From an uncultured Candidatus Saccharibacteria bacterium (lineage in GTDB: Bacteria > Patescibacteriota > Minisyncoccia > Phycocordibacterales > UBA12088), in assembly GCA_964635195.1 (NCBI GenBank), contig CAZWNC010000002.1, positions 3,444 to 67,443 of the forward strand: a DNA stretch of 64,000 bases, given 5' to 3'. The notes beneath the pieces were generated by a model, which worked only from the letters and a program-made list of their open reading frames with translations, was not told the DNA's origin and did no database searches. Below are positions 10,128 to 19,508 of the stretch, one piece after another. Numbering within the stretch: position 1 is the stretch's first letter; each line of letters begins with the position of its first letter. The position numbers were made by a program, and so were the translations under genes.

Positions 10128-10343
10128 ATGATCGACGGCATAACACTCATCACACTCGGTCTAGTACTCTTTGCGCTCGGCACGTTCATACTCGGCTGTT
10201 TGCGTTGCATCGGCTACGCACCAAAGCATATGTTGCAATACGTAGACCGAGCTGCGATAGTGCGCTATGCATTACGGTATAGTCGTAACTACAGCATTCT
10301 TATGCTGTGTATCGTCATTGCTCTCATACCGTTTTGCATATAA
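10128..10343 (+). CDS. Small hypothetical membrane protein (71 aa); start moved to the internal ATG preceded by AGGAGA
   Basis: A strong RBS (AGGAGA, 5 nt spacer) sits before ATG at 10128. There are two hydrophobic helices. An intrinsic terminator follows immediately. Confidence 0.5.
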   Translation: MIDGITLITLGLVLFALGTFILGCLRCIGYAPKHMLQYVDRAAIVRYALRYSRNYSILMLCIVIALIPFCI

Positions 10344-10348
10344 CAACC

Positions 10349-10373
10349 GCCCGGCATTTTGCCGGGCTTTTCC
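10349..10373 (+). terminator. Rho-independent terminator
   Basis: GCCCGGC-ATTTT-GCCGGGC stem-loop followed by TTTTCC. Confidence 0.7.
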
Positions 10374-10427
10374 GTTCGTACACACACCATCTTGCGTCTT
10401 ACCCTGTTTGGTCGCATAGTAGTCAGT

Positions 10428-11987
10428 ATGAACGATACACCCCTCACCATTCCGAATGCAGACGAACTTTTGTCACTCATGTCAAACCCAACGGAAGCCG
10501 ATAAGGCACTCGTCCGCAAAGCGTTCGCATTCGCTCAAGAAGCTCACAAGGAGCACAAACGCAATAGTGGTGAGCCATATTTTAACCACCTCTTTGCAAC
10601 CGCTGTCGCGCTCGCCGAACTCGACATGGACGCACCTACCGTAGCGGCCGGCCTCCTCCATGACACCGTCGAAGACACACCCGTCACACGTGCTGAGCTC
10701 GAAAAAGAATTCGGCGCAGAGGTTGGCACACTCGTTGACGGTGTCACAAAACTTGGCGAGCTCAAATACCGCGGTACAAGTCGCCACGTCGAAAGCCTCC
10801 GACGTCTCTTTGTTGCAACCAGTAAAGATATACGAGTCCTTATGGTCAAACTCATGGACCGACGACACAACATGCAGACGCTGGAACACGTCCCTGGACA
10901 CAAACGTGCGCGCATCGCACAAGAAACACTCACAATCTATGCACCGCTCGCCGATCGTTTGGGAATGGGTAGAATAAAAGGCGAACTTGAAGACCTTTCC
11001 TTTAAGTATGTCTACCCTGAAGAGTACGAGAAAATCAAGGATATCATGCGCCTAAACAAAATCGCGCGTGAACCGCAGCTTGAAAAGGTTACCAAAACGC
11101 TCAAACGCGCACTTGCGGAACATAATATCCAAGGATTCCGTACAGAGTCACGAATCAAAGGGCTCTATTCCCTTTTTACAAAACTCAGACGCAAAGATGG
11201 TGACCTTGATAAAATCCATGACCTGCTTGCAATACGTGTGATACTTACCTCGGTCGAGGACTGCTATCGGGCGCTCGGAGTCGTCCACACACTTTGGCAC
11301 CCACTCCCGGGCAAGATCAAGGACTATATCGCATTCCCAAAACCGAATGGATACCGCTCCATTCACACCACAGTCGTCACACCAGATGCAGGTCCTGTCG
11401 AAGTACAGCTCCGCACGGACAAGATGCACACCGATGCACAATACGGTTTCGCCTCACACCTTTCGTATAAGGAACAAGGTGAGTCGTCTGCCGACCGTGG
11501 TGAACAAAAACGCAACCGCCTGTGGTACAAGCAACTCATCCCCTCCCTCCTCAGGTCTCGTCCAGTGACTCCGACATCCCGCACCAAAGACGCTCCTCTT
11601 TGGGTCGAAGAACTTGCGGAGGCGCATAATTTCGACTCGATTGAACCCAACGATCTCTTCATGCAAGAAATTCGTGACGACTTCTTCAGTCACCGCATAT
11701 TTATTTTCACTCCAAAAGGCGACGTCATAGATCTGCCCGCGAACTCAAGCCCTATAGACTTCGCGTATGCAATCCATTCAGAGATTGGCGACCACATGTC
11801 CGGAGCAAAAGTAAACGGCAAACTCGTCGCGCTCGATACAGAACTAAAGAACGGTGACATTGTCGAAATTGACACCAAACCATCTGCGCGTCCAAGCAAG
11901 AAATGGCTCGAGTACGCTAGAACGACCATGGCCCGAAAGCATATCAACCAGTACATGGTACATAAAGAGCGTGATGCACATGCATAA
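10428..11987 (+). CDS. Short RelA/SpoT homolog (HD hydrolase + (p)ppGpp synthetase + TGS; no ACT/RRM C-terminal domain); start placed at MNDTPL
   Basis: HD motif LLHDTVEDT, synthetase region RIKGLYSLFTKLRRK...LAIRVI, and a TGS-like IFIFTPKGDVIDLP segment. It is only ~520 aa. Confidence 0.8.
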   Translation: MNDTPLTIPNADELLSLMSNPTEADKALVRKAFAFAQEAHKEHKRNSGEPYFNHLFATAVALAELDMDAPTVAAGLLHDTVEDTPVTRAELEKEFGAEVGTLVDGVTKLGELKYRGTSRHVESLRRLFVATSKDIRVLMVKLMDRRHNMQTLEHVPGHKRARIAQETLTIYAPLADRLGMGRIKGELEDLSFKYVYPEEYEKIKDIMRLNKIAREPQLEKVTKTLKRALAEHNIQGFRTESRIKGLYSLFTKLRRKDGDLDKIHDLLAIRVILTSVEDCYRALGVVHTLWHPLPGKIKDYIAFPKPNGYRSIHTTVVTPDAGPVEVQLRTDKMHTDAQYGFASHLSYKEQGESSADRGEQKRNRLWYKQLIPSLLRSRPVTPTSRTKDAPLWVEELAEAHNFDSIEPNDLFMQEIRDDFFSHRIFIFTPKGDVIDLPANSSPIDFAYAIHSEIGDHMSGAKVNGKLVALDTELKNGDIVEIDTKPSARPSKKWLEYARTTMARKHINQYMVHKERDAHA

Positions 11988-12032
11988 CGAACGCACCACG
12001 CACGGGTACCAACAACAATTTCAAGATTTGAT

Positions 12033-12482
12033 ATGAACATATGCATTTGCTCATCAATGGTGTTTTATCACCGATTCACTGAACTCAAAAAAACGCTCGA
12101 AGCGATGGGACACACCGTTTTCGCTCCTGAACTCGAATTTGAGACAACGAACGATGACACCTCTGTTGGAGGGTTCTTTGATCGAAATGGGGGTATGAAT
12201 GTATTCCCCCCTGACCATGAGGTTTGGAAAAAGAAAGGTAATGCAATACTCGCACACTTTAGAAAAATCGACCAAAGCGATTGCATTCTCGTCACTAATT
12301 ACGAAAAGAAAGGTATCCCGCATTACATCGGCGGCAATACGTTCCTTGAAATGGGGTACGCCTTTGGTGCCGGAAAGAAAATTTTTATCTTGGAAGAACT
12401 ACCGGACATTTCGGGGTATCTGGAGGAGATGCTCGGTATGCAACCGACGATCCTGAAGGGCGATGTACGGCACATGTGCTAA
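12033..12482 (+). CDS. Nucleoside 2-deoxyribosyltransferase-like small protein
   Basis: 149 aa with the pattern ICSSM...SDCILV...YIGGNTFLEMGYAFGAGKKIFIL, typical of the NDT/Rossmann-like fold family. Confidence 0.45.
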   Translation: MNICICSSMVFYHRFTELKKTLEAMGHTVFAPELEFETTNDDTSVGGFFDRNGGMNVFPPDHEVWKKKGNAILAHFRKIDQSDCILVTNYEKKGIPHYIGGNTFLEMGYAFGAGKKIFILEELPDISGYLEEMLGMQPTILKGDVRHMC

Positions 12483-12549
12483 CTTTTCAAAAAAAGACTG
12501 ACACAGTGTATTGAGACAACCCCATCCTGCAGGATAAAGATTCCAAGAA

Positions 12550-14055
12550 TCACGCAGCTGTCACTTTCTTTCCCTTGGTTGGACGAGCGCCGGTACGTCG
12601 AGAAAGGTCGAGCGTTTCGTCGATACGTATTTTTTCGACAAACTCCGGTACGTGCGACACGAGGAGCATGGTGCCGGCATACGCATCAAGCGCCCGCGCA
12701 ATCACCGGAATGTGTCGAAAGTTAATGTGGTTGGTCGGCTCATCAAGTATGAGGAGACCGGGACGCAAAAGCATCAAGCGCGCGAATGAGACCAGACCTT
12801 TCTGACCTTCAGAAAGTCGACCGATAGGGGTATTAATAATGTCTCCCGTGAGCAAAAAACCGGACGCAAGTGAGCGCATCTCCTCCGGACTCCCCTCCTC
12901 CATCGCCTCCATCAGACAGTCGTAAACCGTTTGATCCACATCAAGGTTGGAAAAATCTTGCCGATAGTATCCAATCTTTACCCCTTCGGCGATCTGTTCG
13001 CCTGTTGCGTGACCTGAAGCAAGTGACTCAAGCAACGTTGTCTTACCGATTCCGTTTGGCCCAACGATGTGCACATGATCCCCTCTTCGATACACGATAT
13101 CGCACGGCACGTCGGTCGGCACATGATCATTTATCACACGATACGACGTGAGAGTGAGTACTTCCATGGGAACGCCCTGTTGCACCGGTATCTCAAACGG
13201 ACGTATCGTCCGATCGTCTTTTCGTACATCGACTTTATTTTCTTCATACTCCTCCACTTTCTCACGCATCCGTTTCGCCACCATGCGCATACCACCTCCC
13301 TTGTTCGCAAAAAAGTTCGCTTTATCCTTATTTGCTTGAATCTCTTTCTCGAGCTGTGCATTCTTGCGCTTCTCACGCTCCACACGAGCGGCAATGTCGG
13401 CGACAACATCCAGGTAGTTCCCTTCATAACGTTCAATCGAACGAGTTTGCACGTTCATGTAGAGCACTCCGTGCGTGAATGCGTTCAAAAAATCCGCGTC
13501 ATGCGAGATGACGATTACGGTCTTACGATACTCTTGCAAAAACTTGGTCAGATGCTCTATACCTGCTTTGTCCAAATTATTCGTCGGCTCGTCAAGTAAC
13601 AGCACGTCCGGATTTCGTATCAGTGCGGAAGCGAGCAGTAAACGTGCTTGCTGTCCTCCGGAAAAACTCCCAACAGTACGTTCCTTGAACCCCTCGTTCT
13701 GTGGCAGATTGACAACCTCAAGTACGACATCGATCTTTGGGTCTATGTCGTACACCGTTTCAGAAAAACATGCAGCGAAGAAATCGCGCACCGTAAGCAA
13801 AAGTTCGGCACGCGGTATAACCTGTCGCGAAACAGCGATACTCGTTCGGGGAGCAATATTAATCATGCCGCTTGAAGGTGTGCACGTACCCATAATAAGC
13901 CCGAAAAGGGTACTCTTGCCCGCGCCATTCTGTCCCATCAGGGTCAATTTCGCACCACGTCGAACAGAAAAACTCGCAGTGGTGAGTATCGGGCGTGCAG
14001 GACCGTACTCAAAAGTTACGTCCTTGAAGGCGATAAGTCCAACATCATTTGACAT
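12550..14055 (-). CDS. ABC-F family ATPase (tandem ABC domains, no TMD; EttA/Uup-like translation factor)
   Basis: Two Walker A motifs (GQNGAGKST, GPNGIGKTT), two signature motifs (LSGGQ, LSEGQ) and two Walker B motifs (LLLDEPTN, LILDEPTN), with a charged linker between them. Confidence 0.9.
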   Translation of the reverse strand: MSNDVGLIAFKDVTFEYGPARPILTTASFSVRRGAKLTLMGQNGAGKSTLFGLIMGTCTPSSGMINIAPRTSIAVSRQVIPRAELLLTVRDFFAACFSETVYDIDPKIDVVLEVVNLPQNEGFKERTVGSFSGGQQARLLLASALIRNPDVLLLDEPTNNLDKAGIEHLTKFLQEYRKTVIVISHDADFLNAFTHGVLYMNVQTRSIERYEGNYLDVVADIAARVEREKRKNAQLEKEIQANKDKANFFANKGGGMRMVAKRMREKVEEYEENKVDVRKDDRTIRPFEIPVQQGVPMEVLTLTSYRVINDHVPTDVPCDIVYRRGDHVHIVGPNGIGKTTLLESLASGHATGEQIAEGVKIGYYRQDFSNLDVDQTVYDCLMEAMEEGSPEEMRSLASGFLLTGDIINTPIGRLSEGQKGLVSFARLMLLRPGLLILDEPTNHINFRHIPVIARALDAYAGTMLLVSHVPEFVEKIRIDETLDLSRRTGARPTKGKKVTAA

Positions 14056-14363
14056 GAATGTCTAGCGTACACCACAATCAGCACAAGAGCAACCGATCAA
14101 CGTGCAAAATCAGAGTTTATCACAGTCGATTGCCCGAATTAATGGTCGCGAAACGATGTCTACACCGACCAATTCCATGTAACCTTACGCAATGTCTGCC
14201 ACTTGCGTCGTGCGCTTCTCTTACATACATATTCCCGTTCGCCGCGCCTATAAGCCACCTGTCGCTATTTTTCGCCCCAAGACAAGGCGGGAAAACCACG
14301 TTATATAATAACATTTTTGCGATAACCTGCGTGAAGACGGTTAGTAGAAGGTGTGCGGTTACC

Positions 14364-14837
14364 TCAGCGCATACCTGGTGCTCTCACCGCGAGGGTCTGT
14401 GTGATAAAACGCACCCGATCGGACAAAAGTGTCCCGCGCCGGAAATGTTCAGCTATCACTTCCGGTCGCAGTCGGACGTCACTCCCGGGTTTCAACCATT
14501 CCATTGCGGCAATCTCGTATCCATGCGACGCTTCGGCAACGCGTGTATGCATAAAGTCGGAACCGTTTATAACTTCCATCAAAAACTCAAGGATTTGCAC
14601 ACCCTCCTCATCGAAGAACGTATGGACAAAAAGCAGTCTCCCGAGCTCCGCCTTTACTCCCAATTCCTCAAAAAGCTCTCTTTCAAGACACTCCGGCACC
14701 TCCTCTCCTTGTTCGAGGTGTCCTCCCGGCAATACCGCGAAACTCAAATCATGCGCATGACGCACCACCAGCAAACGACCTTCGTGGAGAATGACACCAC
14801 GGCAGCGAGCGAGAAAATGAGTGTGTTGTGTAGGCAT
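14364..14837 (-). CDS. NUDIX hydrolase
   Basis: The Nudix box GGHLEQGEEVPECLERELFEELG. Confidence 0.85.
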   Translation of the reverse strand: MPTQHTHFLARCRGVILHEGRLLVVRHAHDLSFAVLPGGHLEQGEEVPECLERELFEELGVKAELGRLLFVHTFFDEEGVQILEFLMEVINGSDFMHTRVAEASHGYEIAAMEWLKPGSDVRLRPEVIAEHFRRGTLLSDRVRFITQTLAVRAPGMR

Positions 14838-14935
14838 GCTGGAAGAAATTTCATTACGTACGGAAAACCTATAGCTTGCCCGTCAAACAAAGTACCGAGA
14901 CGCGGTCTAAGCACGTATTCCACCTTCAGTGACTG

Positions 14936-15358
14936 CTAGTGCAGTCGTTTCGGTGAATCTTCCAGGGACACCATGTTCGGCAGAGGTATGGCAAGCAAAT
15001 CCCGCATATTCTTTTCCATCTCTGCATGATCGTTCTGTATCTTTTCGAGCTTGGCCAGCAACTCCTCAATGTGTGCCGCCAAAGTATCACGCAGCGGATC
15101 ATCCGGTGCCGCATCACGAAGTGCCTTTTTCGCAAAGGTGATATGATCTGAGAACAGTTTTACACTCTCCTCGATTACCCTGAGAAGCTCCTGCATCTGC
15201 ACAATCGTATGTTCAAGTTTTTCGTATGAATTCCGTATTTTCGCAATTTCTTCCACGGGTATATGCACTGCATTGGCGCGCCATGCGGCTGCACCTGAGA
15301 GTGCACCATCGTACGGAATATGATTTTCGCCTGTATGTTTCATATCTTTTATATACAT
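14936..15358 (-). CDS. Hypothetical coiled-coil protein
   Basis: 140-aa ORF with no recognisable motif. Its coding-like composition and tight spacing with neighbours are the only support. Confidence 0.35.
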   Translation of the reverse strand: MYIKDMKHTGENHIPYDGALSGAAAWRANAVHIPVEEIAKIRNSYEKLEHTIVQMQELLRVIEESVKLFSDHITFAKKALRDAAPDDPLRDTLAAHIEELLAKLEKIQNDHAEMEKNMRDLLAIPLPNMVSLEDSPKRLH

Positions 15359-15408
15359 TACTACGCTCTCCTATGAAATATTCACTCTCCTAAACACTCT
15401 GTCATACA

Positions 15409-16299
15409 CTATCGTTCGTTACCCCTGCAGGTACATGATTTGCATCGTACCGCATCAGTATGTCTCTGCTGTACAAGCTCCATCGCCCCGTACAGCCCAC
15501 CAAAGTCACCCAACCCTGCCTGCTTGATCTCGGGTACACGCGGATACGAAAGTATTGAGCGAAGGTGTTCACTGATGCGCGCAACGGGTATTGCCGGGTC
15601 ACCAGTGATCATTGAACCTCCGAGCACAACCGCATCGGGCGACCAGTGCACGATTGTGTTGTTGAGCATGTACGCACACCATCGCGCGAGCTCTTCCCAT
15701 ACCGCGGGGTCATGTACCTCGTAGGGCTTCATACCAAATCGACGCTCGGTTGCCGTACCGGACGCATATCCTTCTATGGTAGCTCGCTCACAGGTAGGAA
15801 AGGCGCTCCTATCAAAATCGATATACTGCCGTCCCGGCTCAGTACTGATTCCTATCGATTCGATACGTTCTCGTACGATACGTGCCCCACCAATACCGGT
15901 GGATACGGTCATATAGGCAACCACCTCGTGTCCTCGCCCTGCCCCATGTACTGCTTCGCCAAGGCCGATTACAGCAGTATCGTTGTCAAGATACACCGGT
16001 ACCCCGAAAAACGAAGTGCACTCATCTACAAATGACTGTACGAACCACTCTTGCGGCAAGTGTGGCGCCGGACACAATGTTACTGTGCCGCCAGTCCGAT
16101 TCACCGGACAGGCAATACCGCCCCCCAAAGCCTCGATCGGAGCATCTCCACCAAGTTCATGTGCGACATTGCGTATGGTGGTAAGCAAAAGATTCAAATC
16201 CTTTGGTGTGTCGAACTTTTTGGGTGACACGAACTCCTTGCCATCATGTGAAATTGAGACGCGCGTCTTCGTGCCTCCTATATCAAAGTAGACGTACAT
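15409..16299 (-). CDS. ASKHA-superfamily sugar kinase (ROK/glucokinase-like)
   Basis: The N-terminal YVYFDIGGTKTRV phosphate-1 motif and a later TGIGGA. The ROK zinc motif was not seen, so the subfamily is uncertain. Confidence 0.6.
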   Translation of the reverse strand: MYVYFDIGGTKTRVSISHDGKEFVSPKKFDTPKDLNLLLTTIRNVAHELGGDAPIEALGGGIACPVNRTGGTVTLCPAPHLPQEWFVQSFVDECTSFFGVPVYLDNDTAVIGLGEAVHGAGRGHEVVAYMTVSTGIGGARIVRERIESIGISTEPGRQYIDFDRSAFPTCERATIEGYASGTATERRFGMKPYEVHDPAVWEELARWCAYMLNNTIVHWSPDAVVLGGSMITGDPAIPVARISEHLRSILSYPRVPEIKQAGLGDFGGLYGAMELVQQRHTDAVRCKSCTCRGNER

Positions 16300-16625
16300 G
16301 TTGTATTAATTTACTACTAACACCCGCGAGTTCATTTCGTGCGCCTGAAACGATACGAATGGTGCCTATACATAGTACCATTGTGTCGGATGAAAAAACA
16401 CAGGACAACAGCATTCGCACCATTTACACAAACTTCTTCCTAATGAATGCTGACGAACTCGTATGGTATACACGCAAACAAACGAGCGACATTGGAGAGT
16501 GACGAGAATTATCTTGGAAAAAGATAATTTCACAGCATACGCTTCACTTTACCTGAAAAAGGTGTGAATCATCAAAGCACCACTTCGATTGCACACATAA
16601 TTCATTGAAAGTTTACCCCGAGAGA

Positions 16626-16874
16626 TTATGTACGCTTCTTCCGAATCGTTCGCAAATACAGCCTCTCAACCTTATTTCGTGCCCAAGGCGTTTTGCGGAG
16701 AAAGGTAAGGCTTGATTGTATACTTGGCTCTATAGCAAAGCATTTTATGCGTATCTGTGCAGCAAGTTCCGTCCATCCATACTCAGCGACCAAATACTCG
16801 AGGATCGTCTTGAGGGTAATGCCATGCAAAGGATCTTTTGGATGCAGGTTCGAATCAGATTCGGTCATGGGCAT
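16626..16874 (-). CDS. Small conserved hypothetical protein (VF530/DUF2132-like); start moved to MPMTESD
   Basis: The segment LEYLVAEYGWTELAAQIRIKCF...LTFLRKTPWARNKVERLY resembles the DUF2132 family. Confidence 0.4.
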   Translation of the reverse strand: MPMTESDSNLHPKDPLHGITLKTILEYLVAEYGWTELAAQIRIKCFAIEPSIQSSLTFLRKTPWARNKVERLYLRTIRKKRT

Positions 16875-17086
16875 AGTATACACTTTAATTTCGTAGCCAC
16901 TCGTACATATCCGCCACAGCACATATGCTCAGGATATGGTGTGTCCCGAACGCCAATCACATGCGTCCCGCAACACACATGGATAATAGATGTAATGCAA
17001 CCCAAGATACCACGGCAGTATGCGTACCTATTCATGCGTGTACCCATTTCAAATGGATGTCACACAAATATATACGCTGTCACGAC

Positions 17087-17401
17087 TTACGCATCGATCT
17101 TCGCTGCAAGAATAAAATCATTTTCCGAAAGACCGCTTATCGAGTGAGTCGTAAGTGTGAGCGTCACAACGTTGTAGGTAATGGTAATATCGGGATGATG
17201 ACCTTCCTGCTCAGCAAGTGTCGCCACTTTATTTACAAAAAGCATCGCGTCTGCAAAGCTCGCGAAGCGATACGTGCGTGTCAGGTACGTATCCTGCAAG
17301 TCCCAGCCCGGCACTTGAAGCAAAAGCTCTTGTGCGTAATCCTTGAGCAAGGGTGGCACATTACCCTCGCACGGTATGCACTGTTTGTGTATCAAATTCA
17401 T
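17087..17401 (-). CDS. Pterin-4-alpha-carbinolamine dehydratase (PCD/DCoH)
   Basis: 104 aa with the EGHHPD motif and typical length. Confidence 0.85.
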   Translation of the reverse strand: MNLIHKQCIPCEGNVPPLLKDYAQELLLQVPGWDLQDTYLTRTYRFASFADAMLFVNKVATLAEQEGHHPDITITYNVVTLTLTTHSISGLSENDFILAAKIDA

Positions 17402-17713
17402 TGTAGACAGTGTACCACGGAAGTAGACCGCGGTCAGTTACCATCGGTAGATCTCCGAAAAAAACCGGTGGTAATTTTTTCACCACTATTCGCTACCACA
17501 AGCTACTCACATCTTTCGATGCGGGCACCCCGCCAACAGCAGGGGCGGCGCTTCCTCCCTTACGGTCGGCGACATGGCCGTCGCACCGCTCTGGGACCAC
17601 GACTACCACCTCGCGCCTGAAGTGCCATTACCATACAAACTCACTTACCTTAACGCGTGTGGCAGAGATATACGATACCGTGTGGATTCCAGGAAGTGTG
17701 TACACAATTACCA

Positions 17714-18791
17714 GGCGAATTCGACTTCCTAACCGAACACTTATCCGTTTAAGTGTTCACTAATGAAGAAACGACAAAGAACCTATACTCGCATGAGCGA
17801 CACGGAACTCGACCGTGTCGCTGAATTACGTGCACAAGGTGTGAGCGTATCCGATATCGCTCGCGATCTCAACAGAGCAAAGTCGAGCATTTCGGAGTTA
17901 CTCGCGTCTAACAGTGACAAACGCGGTGCAGGTGGTGGCACGTTCCGTGCAGCGCTTGCGGTACATCGCAGGGCGGAGCGGAAGAAACGTCAACGCAAGC
18001 ATGTGAAGCTTGAGTGCAACGAAGATTTACTTCTTGAGTTGTATGTCCGCTTAGTGTTCCTTCACCACTCACCGGAACAAATTGCCTCACGACTGCAAAA
18101 AGAGTACCCTCAAGATACGACCATGCACCTAACCGCCGAGACTATCTACGAGTATGTGTTTGTACGCGCACGTGGCACTCTTCGAGACGACCTTGTTGCA
18201 TCCTTGCGACACCCACAACGTCACCAAGGACAACGTAGAAGAAGGGCTACGTTGCAAGGTAAATTACCCAACATCCTTTCAATTGATGAGCGGCCGGAAG
18301 GAGTACTCACGAGGCGCATACCCGGTCACTGGGAAAGCGACCTCATTGTGGGAAAAGAACATCATTCAGCGCTCATCTCGCTTGTCGAGCGGAAGTTCCG
18401 GTACCTCATCCTCATTCGTATCACCGCACTTGATGCCGAAACGTTCGCGACCAAGGTAGCAGACGCACTCAACACCCTTCCGAAGAAACTGCGCCGTACT
18501 ATGACTCATGATAACGGTAAGGAGATTGCTAAGGCGTTCGACATCGAAACAAAGACCGGTATTCGCGTGTATGTTGCACACCCGCACTCCCCTTGGGAGC
18601 GAGGTACGAACGAGAATACTAACGGTCTCGTGCGAGAGTTCTTTCCGAAAGGTACCGACTTTAGAGAGGTGACCGATGAGGATGTGTTCTATGTCCAAGA
18701 GCTCATCAATAGTAGACCAAGGAAAGCGCTTGACTGGGCGACGCCCACCGAGGCATTATTAGCATCGTTCGGTTAGGAAGTTGAATTCGCC
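17714..18791 (+). mobile_element. Complete IS30-family insertion sequence (1,078 bp) with 25-bp terminal inverted repeats and a 3-bp CCA target-site duplication
   Basis: IRL GGCGAATTCGACTTCCTAACCGAAC (17714-17738). The reverse complement of IRR (18767-18791) is GGCGAATTCAACTTCCTAACCGAAC, a 24/25 match. CCA flanks both ends at 17711-17713 and 18792-18794. One internal transposase ORF ends inside IRR. Confidence 0.85.
17763..18776 (+). CDS. IS30-family DDE transposase
   Basis: 337 aa with an N-terminal HTH and a C-terminal integrase core carrying HWESDLIVGK ... THDNGKE ... ERGTNENTNGLVREFFPKGTDF, the IS30 signature. Confidence 0.9.
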   Translation: MKKRQRTYTRMSDTELDRVAELRAQGVSVSDIARDLNRAKSSISELLASNSDKRGAGGGTFRAALAVHRRAERKKRQRKHVKLECNEDLLLELYVRLVFLHHSPEQIASRLQKEYPQDTTMHLTAETIYEYVFVRARGTLRDDLVASLRHPQRHQGQRRRRATLQGKLPNILSIDERPEGVLTRRIPGHWESDLIVGKEHHSALISLVERKFRYLILIRITALDAETFATKVADALNTLPKKLRRTMTHDNGKEIAKAFDIETKTGIRVYVAHPHSPWERGTNENTNGLVREFFPKGTDFREVTDEDVFYVQELINSRPRKALDWATPTEALLASFG

Positions 18792-18882
18792 CCACCTGTG
18801 ATTGACATTTGTATATATTATGCTATAATGACAAAAGTGATGCAGGCATGTCGTCTGCACACCGTACCTTGAGAGGTTTGAG

Positions 18883-19419
18883 ATGCAGAAATTTTTTGTT
18901 TCATTGGCCCTGCTGTGCTCAGTTTTCACGGCCGCCGAGGCCGCCGTTTCGATCGGCAACACCCAACGGGTGCTGCCGAACTATGAAATGCGTATGTGGG
19001 GCGGAATCACGCTCCAGGACGTGCGACTCCTTGAAATCAGGAACGCACTGAATGGTGCCGTGCAGGAGTACCAGCTGACCGTGCTGAAGAAGCCGGCGGG
19101 TTGTGTACAACTTGGTCAGGGCTGCGGTGCAGCGCTGGCGTTCTACGCACCCGCAGTGGTCAACGAGGAGTGCGCACTCAGAGTGCGCGTTCTCGCTTCG
19201 GGAGGGAAATGGAAGATGGAGCTGGTGCAAACGACACCAGACAAGACCTTTCTTGCCGGCAAGGAGCTGCACGTAAGCGGCGCACATCAAAATGTTATCG
19301 ACCTCACCAAGGTCGTGTACGTTGATGCGCCCGACGCAAAGCTGGTCGGCGTATTGGTCAACCCCTACGAAGTGGGTAAGACCACACGAGCGGCAGGCTT
19401 GGGCGCAGTTTGCCAATAA
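18883..19419 (+). CDS. Secreted hypothetical protein (signal peptide, 4 Cys)
   Basis: N-terminal MQKFFVSLALLCSVFTAAEA signal. It is followed by an intrinsic terminator. Confidence 0.5.
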   Translation: MQKFFVSLALLCSVFTAAEAAVSIGNTQRVLPNYEMRMWGGITLQDVRLLEIRNALNGAVQEYQLTVLKKPAGCVQLGQGCGAALAFYAPAVVNEECALRVRVLASGGKWKMELVQTTPDKTFLAGKELHVSGAHQNVIDLTKVVYVDAPDAKLVGVLVNPYEVGKTTRAAGLGAVCQ

Positions 19420-19458
19420 ACAACTAAGCTTAAGGGAGTGGTACCCTGTAAATTGCCA

Positions 19459-19488
19459 CACCCCGAGTCACAAGCTCGGGGTTTTTGT
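19459..19488. terminator. Bidirectional rho-independent terminator between convergent genes
   Basis: ACCCCGAG-TCACAAG-CTCGGGGT followed by TTTTTG. Confidence 0.7.
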
Positions 19489-19508
19489 ATTCCACACTAC
19501 ATTGCATG

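Noticed and set aside
10359-10427. Upstream start for the RelA/SpoT homolog, overlapping the terminator hairpin
   Set aside because: This start sits inside the intrinsic terminator of the preceding gene. The conserved protein begins at the internal Met (MNDTPL).
12524-12535. 12-bp palindrome ATCCTGCAGGAT between convergent genes, a possible terminator
   Set aside because: It cannot form a loop (it is a contiguous palindrome containing a PstI site) and has no T-tract, so it is not supportable as a terminator.
17410-17763. 117-aa ORF in the intergenic region upstream of the IS30 element
   Set aside because: It has low-complexity Thr/Arg/Pro-rich translation, no RBS and no motif. The region is better explained as the original intergenic spacer interrupted by the insertion.
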